Assembly: GCA_018398765.1 (NCBI GenBank)
Contig: JAHBMJ010000288.1
Span: forward strand, 62,001-126,000
DNA length: 64,000 nucleotides
Direction of reading: 5' to 3'
DNA from: Chromera velia
Lineage: Eukaryota
The notes below the pieces were generated by a model. That model ran no database searches and was not told where the DNA came from. It was given only the letters and a program-made list of their open reading frames with translations. Of the stretch, positions 9,894-23,600 are shown in pieces. Made by a program: the position numbers and the translations under genes. Numbering within the stretch: position 1 is the first letter of the stretch; each line of letters starts with the position of its first letter.

Positions 9894-12512
9894 ATGTCTC
9901 TCTCTCCGGTTCCAACAGAGGCAGTTGCAAGGCCCGGTGTTGAGCTTCTTGCCAACCTTCTGACACCTTTTGTCGACAACTGCTTTCTGTTCTTTGCTCT
10001 CGTTTGCCGAGACTTCCACCAGGCCTACACGCGACAGAAGAAAAAGAAGACGACTTCTCTTGGCTGTGTCTTTGAGGAGACGGAGACAGGGAGCCGATCT
10101 TGTAGGCTAAACCACCTCATCCTCTGCCTCAAAAGAGACGCGCGCCACAGAGGAGGGAAGCCCCCCCTACAGACTTTGGTCAAGAGACGGCGAGACGGAG
10201 ACCTCCGGATCCCGGCCGCGTCCCTCATCGTCCTCCTTCTCAACGAAGCCCACAAGACCCCCCACGCTCTCTGTGCCACCAAAACCGTTGCCTCTTTCTT
10301 CGACCTGCCCCCAGCAGTGCTCCTCCTACCACACCTGAAGACTCCAGGGGATAGCTGCTTTTCCACGGTCGCAAACAGTCTAACCAAGTTTGGGCTGCCG
10401 GGGGATCTGTGCGAGCTCCGGCAGCTTGTGTGTGATGTCGGCCTAGCTCCTTCAGATGTTGTCGAGTACATCGACGAGGACATCTCCTACGCCGAGGCCA
10501 TCCGATACATCAAGAGAGGAGAAGTCAGAAAATTTCGGCGCGTTCTGGATCGTCTCCGGCCGATTTGGACGTTTCCAGAGGAGGTTTTTGACTCTGCGGG
10601 GCCCGGCTCAAAAGAGTGGTCTCGACTCTACGGTCTGCGCTCTCTTGCTCGGGAGCGGGTGCGGAATCTGCACGACGCACTGTGCAGGAAGGCGAAGGAG
10701 GTTGGAGACGGAGAAGGTGCGGCGGTGCAGGTGGCTCTCGAGAATGCGCTGGAGTGTGCATGCGTCGAGACAGGGCGCTTGGAGAATGCTGACTTGTGGG
10801 AAGACCTCGCGGGTCGCTGGGAGGAGAGGGGAGGGTGCGCGAAGCGCTTTTTGCGTACATATGTGAAGAAGCTGCAGGCAATTGTGCTTGAGGAGAAGGG
10901 CAGACGCGATGTGTCATCTTGGGAGGCTTTTGAGAAAAGAAGGACATTCAACAGGAGGACCATCGGAGGGCAAATGGGCTGGGGGTCTTCGTACTACACC
11001 ACTATTAGCGCGGTTCTGAAAATCATAGAGTTGGTGTGCAAAGAGACCCGATTTGTGGAAGAAGATTCGGATTTGGATGAGGTCAGGTGGGGTCTTGTTC
11101 GAGCTTTGGTGTCCGTTTTTCCTGTGGATGAATTGAAGAGGAACGAGAAGAGACTGAACGATGTCATGACGACGATCTTGGGTACGTGGTGCAGACCCTC
11201 TTGGGGTGCTGCGAGTGTGGCCTGGCTGCGTGCTTTTGTGGGGGTGATGGGAGCGTCCAATTTCTTTCAAATCTTCTCACAGGCTCTGAAAGGATTTGCC
11301 ACAGAGCGCCTGACAGAGGACCGTGTGAGGGTGTGCAAGTACCTCGCAGAAGTGCGTGCTGAAGCCATGGGGGCGACTGACGGCTTGGGTGGGCAGAAGT
11401 TCTTTTCTGGCCTAAGAGGGGTGTTCAGTGAATGGGGGGATGTGGACTTTTTGGTTTCTGTCTGCGGGCTTCCTTGGAGCTTTGTGCTTCAGAGGGCGCG
11501 GCTAGAGGCATCACTTTTTCCACAGGCGGTCTCTGCGGGGGCGTCTTCAGAGGTTCTGGAGAGCACTCCTGCCGCAGTCACCGCGACTGCCAGTGACAGT
11601 GAAGATGAGGATGAGAGCGGAGAGCCTGTGGCAAAGATTGGGTGGCTGGCGTGGGGTTTAGGTGACGCGGATGAGATCTGGAGATGGGAGATGTCGGGGG
11701 CGGGAGAGGGGGACAGGGCGAGGCGTGATCCTTTGGCCAGTGGGTGGTCTGTGGGGGAGCAGAAGTGGCTCCCTTGTTTGTATGAATTTTCTGTGCTCCA
11801 TGCGAGACGTCCGATCGGGTCGGCTTCCGATGAAGACGAAGACGCCGCCCCGTTGCCTCATCTGCATGCGCCCAGATACAGGGGCTCGTGGAGGGGTTTA
11901 GCGGTTGTCGTGAGTGACGACCGTCTGGAAGCTCTGCGGCCTCTGTGGGAACATGAGATGACCCCAGAGACTCTCAGCAGTGGCCACCCAGTGTTCAACG
12001 GTGAAATGGAGGACTCGAGTTTTTGCTCTATGGTGGAAAGGGTGGCAGCGGGGGGGACTGTTCAGGACGTTCTTTCGAGAGTTTGCACCCACGGAGTGTA
12101 TACCTATGAGGTGCAAAGCACAGGGTACGGGGATAGATTTGTCGGACCCACTGGATGTTCTGTTGTCTGGGGAAATCCCTCAATGGATGCCGACCCCTGG
12201 AAACCCATCGGCAGTCAGCTCTTCAAGAAGCGCCGATGGTTTGAGACTCTGGGAGTTCTATTCACGATCGGTCTGCTGCATCGATGCTCCTGTCTCCGGT
12301 TGAATGGAGACTCCATTGAGGGACTGAAGAGGGTCGCCTCGATCGAGTTTTCTTCAAAGGAGCTCCGGAAGGGATGGGGGGGGAAAGGGAGGGGCAGGGC
12401 GGGACGGCAAAGGGGACGACGACCTAAGACCCTTACCCGCTCGCGTCCTTTTCTGGCAAGGATTCTCCGAGAGTTTCTCGTTGGCCGTCTCCTCGAGAGG
12501 CCCCAGCTTTGA
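9894..12512 (+). CDS. Intronless 872-aa protein of unknown function with an F-box-like N-terminal segment
   Basis: Uninterrupted 2.6-kb ATG-initiated ORF. The N-terminal LLANLLTPFVDNCFLFFALVCRDF resembles the F-box-like VCRxF/W motif. No other domain was recognised. Confidence 0.8.
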   Translation: MSLSPVPTEAVARPGVELLANLLTPFVDNCFLFFALVCRDFHQAYTRQKKKKTTSLGCVFEETETGSRSCRLNHLILCLKRDARHRGGKPPLQTLVKRRRDGDLRIPAASLIVLLLNEAHKTPHALCATKTVASFFDLPPAVLLLPHLKTPGDSCFSTVANSLTKFGLPGDLCELRQLVCDVGLAPSDVVEYIDEDISYAEAIRYIKRGEVRKFRRVLDRLRPIWTFPEEVFDSAGPGSKEWSRLYGLRSLARERVRNLHDALCRKAKEVGDGEGAAVQVALENALECACVETGRLENADLWEDLAGRWEERGGCAKRFLRTYVKKLQAIVLEEKGRRDVSSWEAFEKRRTFNRRTIGGQMGWGSSYYTTISAVLKIIELVCKETRFVEEDSDLDEVRWGLVRALVSVFPVDELKRNEKRLNDVMTTILGTWCRPSWGAASVAWLRAFVGVMGASNFFQIFSQALKGFATERLTEDRVRVCKYLAEVRAEAMGATDGLGGQKFFSGLRGVFSEWGDVDFLVSVCGLPWSFVLQRARLEASLFPQAVSAGASSEVLESTPAAVTATASDSEDEDESGEPVAKIGWLAWGLGDADEIWRWEMSGAGEGDRARRDPLASGWSVGEQKWLPCLYEFSVLHARRPIGSASDEDEDAAPLPHLHAPRYRGSWRGLAVVVSDDRLEALRPLWEHEMTPETLSSGHPVFNGEMEDSSFCSMVERVAAGGTVQDVLSRVCTHGVYTYEVQSTGYGDRFVGPTGCSVVWGNPSMDADPWKPIGSQLFKKRRWFETLGVLFTIGLLHRCSCLRLNGDSIEGLKRVASIEFSSKELRKGWGGKGRGRAGRQRGRRPKTLTRSRPFLARILREFLVGRLLERPQL

Positions 12513-13599
12513 GAGCTGATCTAATCGTGATCAATCGAATGTCCTCGACAGACTGTTGAGACTCAGTCAAAGCTGTTCGGTATGACTTCATTGAATTTCA
12601 TTGACGACTGCGCCTCTGTTTGACTTTAATAATAACAGGAAATCATACATAGAAAACCTAAGAAAAACATCGAAAAACTAGTCAAAAAAGAAGAAAACTT
12701 AGAAAAAAAAAGGAAAAAAAAGCTAGTTACGTCCCTCTTCAAGGGCTTCTTGTACTGAATAGTACTGACTCGGAATTGAAGCTAAAAACAAAACTTACAT
12801 AACACATATTTTTAGTAAAAGATAAGCAGGGATAAACGGGATTAATTTTTTGAATTGTTGCCAGAAAGATTATTTGAAATGTATCTTAGCTGTCAAACTC
12901 ATACTACTCGGAAGCTTAAAGACGGTTTTCTTTTGACTCAAAGAAGAACACTTACGGGGTGCTGCGAGATCTTACACTGCGCCTTCTATTGTACTATAAG
13001 TAGCACCACAACTTGCAGGCATAAACATATTTTGGAGATCCACTACTGGACCACTAGTAGATACGAGTAGATTGACATGAGTGAAGTGATAGTACTAATG
13101 ATAATGATATGACGATTATGAAACAGGGGCCATATCAATAGCTCTCTGGAATCTGGATATCTATATGATATCACCATGTACTAGATCATGCATGTAGATC
13201 TATTGAGGATTCCGAAACGAAGTATCAGACTAAAGTATAATAAGAAACAAAACACGGTTTCGAACACAGATTGTTAAGTTTTGCCTTCACTCGTTTATTT
13301 TTCTTTTTTATTGATTAAAACAGATTAGATTTTTTTTTTTTTTTTGCAAAAGCATTTGACTTTCGGGTTTCTCTTCAGCTTGAACTATATGATGCTACAT
13401 GACAATTTTATAACAATCAAGCTTAGGGATGTTAGAAGCTATGAGAACATACAATAAATTGAAATAAGTCCCTGAAAGTTAAACAGACATTCAATGGTCA
13501 GGAATTAGAACGCACGGAGCGGGCCATAGCGGGCATGAACCGCATAACGAGCAGGCCATTCCGACTCATTCAAGCCGGCCCGCCAAATGCGGTGATTGT

Positions 13600-13950
13600 A
13601 TGTTAATGCATGACGCATGCTAATGCATGCAAGGCACGAATGCACAAAGTGTTGCACTGTTGCCATGTGTTGCAGTGTTGCACGGCGTTTGTATCGGTAT
13701 GGTGTATCGGTGCATGCATGTATGGTGGCAACACATGCATGCAGAAGTCAATGCCACGCATGCAGGCATGCAGGCAGCATATATATATAGGTTCCTCAAT
13801 ACATATGTACGCAAGTGCACCATGCAAAAAGTCAGAGATGTGAAAAGGGAAGAGACACATTGTTGGAGATGACCTTGTCAGACTGAGATCGTGCCCGTAA
13901 CAGAGATGATGTATATATATAGGACACACGTGCATCTGCATGAAGACTGG
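13600..13950. promoter_or_regulatory. Dense TGCATG(CA) motif cluster upstream of the large + strand gene
   Basis: Many TGCATG/GCATGC/TGTTGC copies occur immediately 5' of the ATG at 14075. Confidence 0.45.
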
Positions 13951-14074
13951 AGACTCATCCAGGTATATAGTCGTGGCGTCTTCTCAAACAACAGTAGCAT
14001 GTGGTATCATGTGCATACATGAAACTTGGCACGAAGATTGAGAGAGCTGTGGCTGGACAGGTGGTGAACCAGGC

Positions 14075-14561
14075 ATGAAAAGCATTGGCTGGTGCTTCCT
14101 TGCCGTGCTGGCATGCCAGTTCGACGCGTTGTTCTCTCTCTCCCAAAACGATGTCGGCAGGAGGCATGAGTTGCTGAGAGCTCGCAGGACCGCAAATAAG
14201 CCACCGGTGAGTGTGTGGCATGAGCGCAGCATGAACCGAAAGAACGCAAGTGACTTATACCCGAACAGGGCTTCGGTGTGGAGTGGCTCTCGTGCACAGG
14301 AACTGCACGCTTGTTTGCTTCCTTTCCGACTGTGACTCCCTATCTCTCTGATGAACTGTCTCGCAAGCCAGCCATGCATCAGATTGACTTGCCAACTGAA
14401 TGACTCTCCTACTCATTGTCAGAAGGCTTGTATATATCGCTCCAATCGACTGCTTGAATGGCTGAGTGACTGTCTGACAGGCTGACAATCTGACTGAGTG
14501 ACTGACTAAGTGACTGCCTGACCGGCTGACTGCCTGAGTGACTGACTGACTGACTGACTTA

Positions 14562-14631
<70 letters not shown>

Positions 14632-17600
14632 CTGTCTGTCTGTCTGTCTCTCTGACTGCTTGAGTGACGGAGAGACTGACTGGCTAAGCGACTGAGTGAG
14701 TGACCGACATACTTACAGACTGATAGTTTGTCCCCGAAGGGAACTCAGAAACTGGCTCGATTTGAATGCCCCGACGTTCTTTGTCTCTCTAATCCTTTGC
14801 CTCGTTGGTCACATACCAACCTGCATGCACGTACCCTATTTGACACTCTGCTTCTCCATCGGCCTGTCTGTAGGCAAGCCTGCTGTCTCGCTCGTCTTTT
14901 CTTGCAACGCTCTTTCCAACCGATTGATCTTTAAATTGACAGGCAGCCCTCTTCGGGTGTTTCCAAGAAAGTTCGTAATAATCGTTCTTTGGCTTTTCTG
15001 CCGGCCCGTTTGGTTTTGCACTTTCGTTTTTTTTCTCTCTATCCCTACACCCGTGCAGGGTCCGTTTGTCCAGGCGACTGCAAGTGCCGTAGCAGCAGCA
15101 GCAGAAGGAAATAACACGCCAAGAGAGGATGCAGCAACCGAGCAGAAGAAAGTTGCCGAAGTTGAAAGAACACCCAAACAGTCAAGAGGAGAGGAAGAGA
15201 ATCCGTCGTCATTCCTGGACACAACACAAAGGGAGAAGGGGACAGAAGATGAACATGAGGAAGACCCCACAGACATGGAGGACCAAGGAGGAGAGGTGCA
15301 TCTAGGAGAGGAAAGGGACGACCGCAGGGAAGAGGAAAGAGAAGAGGGCCCTCTCCAGTCCCAGAAACCCGCAAAGCCCGGCCAAGTCCCAGAGACACCC
15401 CGACCGGAGGCCTGGTCTTCTGACAAGAAGATGCTCGTCAACGGAAGAGACCTCCCCCCAGGATTCCACATAGGAGCTGCCTACAAGGCGGCTTCAGGAG
15501 CCCCTGAGGAGGAGGAAGAGGAGGGGGACTACCGGAATATGTGGAAAGAAGCAATGAAGGCGACAGGGAGCGAGAAGGCCAGAGTCTGGATGTACGGCTG
15601 TCAGGTGGGTCGACAAAATGCGAATAGGCGGAAAGGAAGAAATCCCCCCGTAGTTGTGGTGCTTCTCTCTGGCTCGCCCTCTGCATCTCTCTCAGACAGA
15701 CCCATCCGACGCGTGCATCGTTTCATATGCACGTCACTCAGCGTTCCTTGGGACTTTTGTCCGTATGTCTGTGTGCAGTGACTTACAGTGACCCAATCAC
15801 TCAATGACCTATTGTCTGTCTGCAGATCTTCTGGGACATCTACGACGTCTTTGAGGACGCGCAGACGCACGCAGACGCCCTCGTGAGAGTGGCCGGAACC
15901 CCCGGAGCTGCAGATGAACTCTTTGACGTCACGTTTGAACCCGATAATCCACTGAGGTCAGGTCGCCTCGAAAGCAGGAAGACAGACGAAATGGCACAAT
16001 TAAGGAATCGCACAGACGGAATGAATGCAGTTTCTGTGGAGACGATGACGTTGGGGGGCTCTCTTGAGCATAGTCGTTGTTTCCCTCCAAGATCTACCGA
16101 CAGGGAGGGTGGAGAGTGCAGAGGAGAGTGCAAAAGTGAAGCCATTCTGCAGCTCCACAGAGATGAAGAGATGCCATTCTGATCTTTGAAAGGCATGTTT
16201 CTCCTTTTTGACTGTTATTCCCAAGTGTTTCTCTCTTTTCCAGTCTGTACCGTTGGTCAACCTACGCCTGCAGTGCTTCTAGGGAAGTTCTCAGCAGGCG
16301 GCCTGAATTCGTTGTCCGCCTTCTCAGGCACCTGCGCCATAGCTCCATGCAAACGTATTTGTGCATGCACATGCATACAGGTTCTTCAAGAGAAGGTCTC
16401 AGCAGGCCCTCGACTCCCCTCCTGATCCCCTGAAGGTCAGACAGCCGCATGCTCTAATTTCATTCAAATCTGCGAGAGGATGGGGGAATTCGTGAGAGCA
16501 TCAAATCTCTTCGAGCAAAGGAGCAACTACACACCAAAGCGTTCGAGAGATCCCATAGATTGACGCACGCAGATTGAAAAGAGGAATAGATTGACGCACG
16601 CAGATTGAAAAGAGGAATAGATTGACGCACGCAGATTGAAAAGAGGAATAGATTGACGCACGCAGATTAAAAAGAGGAATTCCATGCATAGTGCTGCATG
16701 CATGCTGCTCTAACAATGTCGTCCGGTGACTTCCTTCATGTGCACCCCTGCCTCTCCTCCTTCCTATGTCCTTAATTGCTTTGCTCGTTCTGTCCTTCTC
16801 CTTTCAGATTCACCTGCCGGTGATGAAGGACATCGTGGAGGTGGAGATGCAGGAGGAGCTCCCTCTGGTTGTGGGAACAATGAGGAAATATATGGCGGCC
16901 TCGAGGGTGAGCTTGTCTGGCGGCTTTGCCTTTCAGCTTGGTCTCCGGCCTCTTCTTCTGGACCCCTGTGCAGAACATTAATTTAATTGTGAACCTCTCA
17001 GATGCATTTGCAACCCTCTCTTTTGGGCCAGGCGGGGTCTCGAGTTAATTTTCATTCAAAGCCTTTCCTTCTTTCTGTCTTTCTTCCTGAGGATATGATC
17101 AACGTGTATGAAAAGGAAAGAATCCATTTATCCTCCCTGATCCCCCTCGACGTACAGGTTTTGAGTGACCGTCTGCCCCTGACGACAGACGTGGACGAAT
17201 CCTGGGAGGACCCCATTCAACAGTTCGCATCCAACCAGGAACAGTACAGCAAGAGGGTGGACGAAATGGCATCCCTCTCGTTGCAACAGAAAAAAATGAT
17301 CGGCAAAAGAATGCACGGACGGTTCCTTCAAGTCAGTCTGATCTGATCAGTCGACAGTCCGTCAGGCGAACGCCCGAAGCAACAGTCATGCAACCAATGT
17401 TCTCGCACCGGTATCGATAGAAACATTTCTTTCTTTGCAGCTCCTTGGTCGGATGCACTTGTACCCTCTGTTGATGCTCGAGGGTGTCCGTCCGTCTTCA
17501 ATTGCTGCCTTCCTGCTTGTCTCACTGCGTTTCCTTGTGCGAGCGTCATCTCTCTGCAGGTCCTGTGCCACCTGTCCTCCACTGGCTCCTCTCCCGGTCT

Positions 17601-20600
17601 CGAACAGGATCTGGAGGACTGGTTCTTCATGGCTGCGGCCTTTGACGTCCGTTTGCTTGCTTTTTTGTTTTTGATTTCTTTCATGTACTTATGAAATGTA
17701 ATTAAGGAAGTGCAGTTTGAATGTTTCTCTTTCGTTGCATGTGCGGGTTGTTTCGTTAATTTCGTGCCTGGGCAGCTGCATGGAAAGAAGATTGAGGCGA
17801 CCCCCATGGCCCTGCAGAGGGAGAGAGTCGACCCCCCCCGCTCTTTTGATGATGTCTTCATGCCAACTGTTGCATTCACCAATCGTTTATTTCTTTCCTC
17901 TTCGTTGAGTTCTAATGCATCTCTGTGTCAAAAGGACTCTCTTCCTTGTTTGGACCATCTGCACTGCAGCACAAATCCTTCGCAGACATCTGCCTAGAGA
18001 TGAATGCAAAGACCAAGAGCAGCCCGGACATCCAGGCCATCACAGAAGACCCTGAGGTCCGAATTGATCAGCTCAGTGAGGTGGCAACGGAAAGAGCCCG
18101 GACAGTGGGCGCCCTCTTCTGGTCAGTCGGGTCGTCTCTGTGCGTGCGTCAGAAGAAAAAGGCACACCATTCAGGCCTGACGGTGGAAGCCCTGCGGTTT
18201 CCAATGGGCTCTGTGGAAGCTTCCATTCGACTGCAGGGATCCGGTTGAGATTCCAAGCTGATAGGTAGTCTGTTTGTGCATCGTTGAGAAGATTTGTGTG
18301 TTTGCAGATCCATTGGGCACTACTCTTCTTTCTGCCCTTCTTGTGACTCATTATTCATTTCTTTCTTTAGTACCTTGCCGTTGGACGTCATGATCAGCTT
18401 TGATCTTCTCTCCCCTTCTCTTCTCTTCTCTTTACATGGCAGGTAGACCAGTTGGCTGTTTATGTCTGTATGGGCAATGATGCGCTTGCTTCTCCTTCTT
18501 CACTCCTGCAGGTACCACGGGATCCTCCAGAACGTTTCGATCAAAAAAGAGGAGGCAGATGCGGAAGATGATGACGAGACTCCAACACGTGATGAGGCTG
18601 TGGGCCCTCTGTCTGTGGAGAAGGCATACGTCTATGTGGGTCTGTCTGTCTGTCTGGATCGGTTCTGCTCACTCTATGATTTTCTGTATCCTTTTGCCGC
18701 TGTTCCGAAAACAAAACTGCCAATGTATGCTTCTTCAATCTAATCGTCCAGACTTGATCGATGGATTGATGCTTCCCTTTTTGTTTCTTTCTTTCTTGTG
18801 AGCAAGTTGGCGTCCGGCCTCCTCCTCTGTCTTCTTCTGTGAGGATGTCTCTGGGGTCCGGCGGACCCACTCATTCAAATTGACTCTAAAGAGGCGTGAA
18901 GCTCTTTTTGATAGTCGATTCTGAAGTCAGGATTCCTTTCGTTCTGTGTGTGTGTGTGTGTGTGTCTGTAGATCCGGAGGAAGGAAGCAGAGCTCCCCTA
19001 TTCGAAGCGCGTCTTTCGGCTCCTCTTCCTTAGCCATCTGCTGAGGGAGTCCAAAAAGGAGAAGAAAAAGGGCACAGGTGTGTGGCCGGGATGGCTGACG
19101 GGAGAGATCAAAGAGGCCCACCGACTTTTGATGACACAGATGGGCGCAGAGACCTGCAACGTTGAGAAGAGCGAGAGCACACAGAGAAATCTCGAAAAGG
19201 TCGGTTTGTTAGCCAGAGACACCTCTTGGCCGTTGTTTGTTTCTTTCCTTTTCCATTGGAAGAGACTGCCACGGGACAACCACACAGTTATCGTACCATG
19301 ATGGCACATCCATCCAGACCCTCTATTTTTATTTCGTTTCCCACAACGGTGCAGGTCGTTGACGCACTGAACGCGAACATAGGGGACCAATTCGCTGCCC
19401 TGGAATCCATAGAGAACCCCCAAGAGGCGCAGGATCTCGAGGCTTGGTCAGTCAGTTGATGAGAGAGAAGGTTGACTGGGAGGATTGGCACAAAAATACT
19501 TCTCTCCTAGGCTCGATGGAAGTATTTTTTGGGGCCTTTGGGAGATCAGCTCTATGCAGGGTGAATAAGTTGAAGCAGTCAATGGCCCGCCTCCTTGTCT
19601 GCTAGAACATTTGTCAGTGAGAACGTGCATGACTTGGTCGGTATTTCTGAAGCTGAGAACTGAAGAGGCTGAACGAAATTCCAATTAGATCAACGAAGAA
19701 TTGAAGAGAAAGGACAAACGAGAAATTAATCGAACTGTTACAGCTTTCCTGCCCTGCATCGAGGACACTCTCTGCCCAGGCAAACTTGATTGTTTGGGGG
19801 GAACAACGATGGACGACCCGACTGCATCTGTGTGTTGCATGTGTTCATGCATGTATGCATGCAGGTATGTCCAGTGGATGCAGATCCCCAAAGACACAGT
19901 AGACAACTTGAGCCTCGGCAAAGCAGTAGTGAAAGGAGAGTCAGCAGAAGCGGAGGAAGAAGAGGAGAGGGGACCTGAGGACTGGGTGGACGTTCTCGGA
20001 AAGATCAAACGTTCGTGTGTCCTTGAGATGTTGGCCTCCTCTGCAGAGAATCCCGAGGACATGGAGGAGCTCCAGAACCAGGACACAGACAAAGTCAGCC
20101 AGTCAGGCCTGAGGGAGCTCTTCTTTCCAGGGAGTCCTGTGGGAGATCTGGAACATTGGCACAAGGTCTACTACGACCAGCTGAACAAAATCCCCACAGA
20201 GGCCAAGACAGAAGTCCAGTACCAGCAGACCTTCCTCAGACTCATCACTGACTGCGAGGCCGCCCCTCACGACCCCATCTGTCGGGTCCTCATGGGAGCA
20301 ACAAGGTACATACGTCATTCAGGCAATCAAATTGGTTTGTGTATGCGTGTTGCGGCTGTGTGGTGAACATCCTTTCTGCTATGCTTCCCGGGAAGGTTTT
20401 GTGCGAGGCTTGCATTGCAGATGTGTCCATACACCGATTTTTTGCAAGAAACCCATTGAAGCCATACATACCCCGCCACCATGTTTGTGTTTTCGAATTT
20501 TCTGCATGCAGGTGTGCACGTGAGAAGCTGCTTGGGCGTGAGGCCCTCGGCAGGCCCTGTCACTTGGAGGCAATCGGACGTGCCCTCTCGGGGGGTCTCA

Positions 20601-23600
20601 GGGAGGCCCAGCTTGTTCTGATTGAGACAGACAGACTGGCGTGTCTGGAGGGAGGCCAGCATCTGATGGGGACGACCCCTGTGACTCCTCAAGAACACCT
20701 GCCCGTCAAAGAGAAAGTTCTGAGGGACGCACAGGAGCACTCGCTACTTGACCGGCTGATGTTTCTGAGGATGAACAATCTGGACAAACACGGGGGTCAG
20801 TCTGTTGGGCATTGATCATTCCGGCACGTACGTACATGCGCAGATTGATTCAGTCGCTGCTTACAGTTTCTTCAGATCGTCCTGTGGGTCACCTTCCTTT
20901 TTGCCCTGCCGAGAGAGTTCTGTCTTCCCTTTTTGTCCCTGCATGCCTCCTCATGCATGTAGGGTAATTCTGTTCATTGTCTTATTGTGTCCATGCAGCC
21001 ATGAGCCTCCCTGACACCGGGCAGAACAGTCTCGAGGAACCACTCGCCCTCTCCTTCGTTGACACGGGAGAGCACGCACTCGACCTACTCGCACACGGAT
21101 GGCTCTTCGCACCCACAATGGCATTTCGGTGCATACGTATGTGCATGGCAGGATAGTTTCGATAGCATTTTCATCTCACACGCGCCCCCTTGGTTTTCGA
21201 AACATTTGATGGGCAATGAAACTGTGCTGCAGTTTGTTTTGCGAGCGATAAGGGTCATTCACCTCCGCTTTCTTCAAGAATTAATTCAGCTATTCGCTCC
21301 GTTTATCCGACGAGACAAAAATGTGAGGGGAAGGGGACGCACCGGGGCTGGACTCGAATGAAGCCCGCACTCAGATTTATTTTGTTGTTTAATCTTTTGC
21401 TATTCGTTTGTTTCCTGAATGACAGTATGCGAACAATTGATTGTATCGTTGCAGATCTGTCCGCGAACAACTGGCGAAAGGCTCTGGCCTTTGTCCGCCC
21501 TCCAATCTGGTCGACACCTTCTACCACTGCCTCAGCAGTCTACCCTGGTTTCGTCTCGCTCAGACCGACAACTGGAAGAATTGCATGCGAGACGGGTCCG
21601 TGCGTGGGTCGTCGGTAGATTGTTTTTTGTGTTTTTTGTTCAACCTGCAGACAAGGGGGTGAGCAGAGCGCAGCGCAGACAGCCGCAAAGGCCGGGAGGG
21701 CCGCACGATCGAATGAATGAATCGATGAGTCGGAAGAGGCAGCCAGGGAGAGAGAGGAATTAAGGAAGCACATCCAGCTTGCTGCAAAGAGATGCAGCTG
21801 TAGGACCGTGTTTGCTTTCTTGTCCCTCCATTACATGTTCTTTTTGGATCGGAGAAAGATTGCACTCTACGAACTCTTTCTGGCGCTTTCTCTTGCTTCC
21901 ACTAAATCGTTGCTCTCTGTATGCTGCATGCAGCATCCAGTGTCTGGAAGAGTACGGCTTTCTGAACGACCATCTCTTCCCTGACCACGGGAACACAGCG
22001 GAGATAGAAGACTCGTCAGTCGGTCGGACCCGAAGAAAAGGAGTCCGATAGGGAAACAGGAAGGCAGAAGGAGTGAGAAAGAGAGACAGTTTCCAAAGTT
22101 AGCTAAAGTCCCATTGACGGACAAGGAAGAAGAAGGCAGATAGGAATGATGCAAGGCAAAAGTGTAGGAGTTCACAATCAAAAAGCAGCTAGACACACGA
22201 ACTGCATGATGCAGCTGGATCACTGGATCAATTTTCGTCTCTTTCGATTAAGCTGCGATACCAAAACGCAGACTGCGCGCGTTGTTCACAGATTTTGTTG
22301 CAAGAGAAGGAGAGGCAGCCCGATCTATTCTGCATCTGATCGCGTGTTGTGCTCATGAATCCGGTGCAGGTCGTCCGTGCTGAGTTTCACAAACCTGCTG
22401 ATTTCCTGTGAGAACAAGGACGGAACCGACAGAGAGCACTACGCTACCGAGAACCCCTCAATGATTGCAATCATCCACCGAACAGTCAGCCAAACATGCA
22501 GGCGCTCAGTCTTTCCACCTTCCGGTTTCTCAGACATCGACTTGGCCCACAAGGAAGTGACTGTGTGGCTGCTTTTCTTTCGGCCAATCGTTGCGGAACT
22601 TTGCTGTTTAGCTACTCCAGCTACCGATCTGATTCTGTATGCTTGGTGTGGGCATCTGTCTGTCTGTCTGCAGTTCTCTCTCTACGGGCTTCCCCCTCTG
22701 GAGATGAGTGCCGAGGAGAGGCAGGAAGACTCTGGGGTGAGTTGAGTGAGTGAGGCCTTGGTGAGTGAGGGGAAGAGTCGGGAGACAGGGGACAGAATAG
22801 CAAAGCGGGGCTGACGAGTCTTGTGTCTGCAGCGTGCGCTTCTACGTCAGAACAACTGCAACAACGTGCGCCCAACATGCGCTCAGAAAAGCGTGCTTCC
22901 CTTCCCAAGCCTTTTTCTTCTGTTTACTGTTGCTCGAGAGAGAGCGACCCAACTGCAGGCCTGCTCTTGATTTTCTCTAAACACCCGCATTCTCTCTTTC
23001 TTGTTTCTCTAAACATCCACTGCATCCGTTTTGTTGTTTCTCTTCCTCTTAATTGATTCCCTCTTAATGGACTCCCATTCGATGACGACGTTCGTTGCAG
23101 GACTTCCCTGCGTACTACACAGACGAGGCTCTGATCTGCCACCTAGTGAAGCTCCACGACCTTGCAACTCAGGATCAGAGGCTAGGGGTGAAAGAGGAAG
23201 ACCAAAAGAAGACGGCGTTCTCGGGAGAGGAAAAGAAGGGAAAGACCAAACGATTCGTCAGGTAGGTGATTTATCCTCATATACTGATTTCCTGTAACAA
23301 ATCGTAGGTCTTTACAGGACTTTTGTGTGTCTATGACGACGCTGTACGTCCATGGAGAGTCTGCTGTGAGCTAGGATTTCAGATCGAGAAAGGAAGGAAG
23401 GAATCTGGAGAGTCCCTGCCTCGATCGTTCCTGTCGGCCGGTGAGTGTCCAACGAATGGTACCTTGGTGGGCAGCTTTTTTATCTTTCATTGCTAGGATA
23501 GACAGGCGCATTTTGCAGCAAGACTTCTTTGGACTGAACATTTCGGAATTCCCTCCCGGCCATGCATTCATGACCTACCCGAATGCATGCATGCAGGTGG

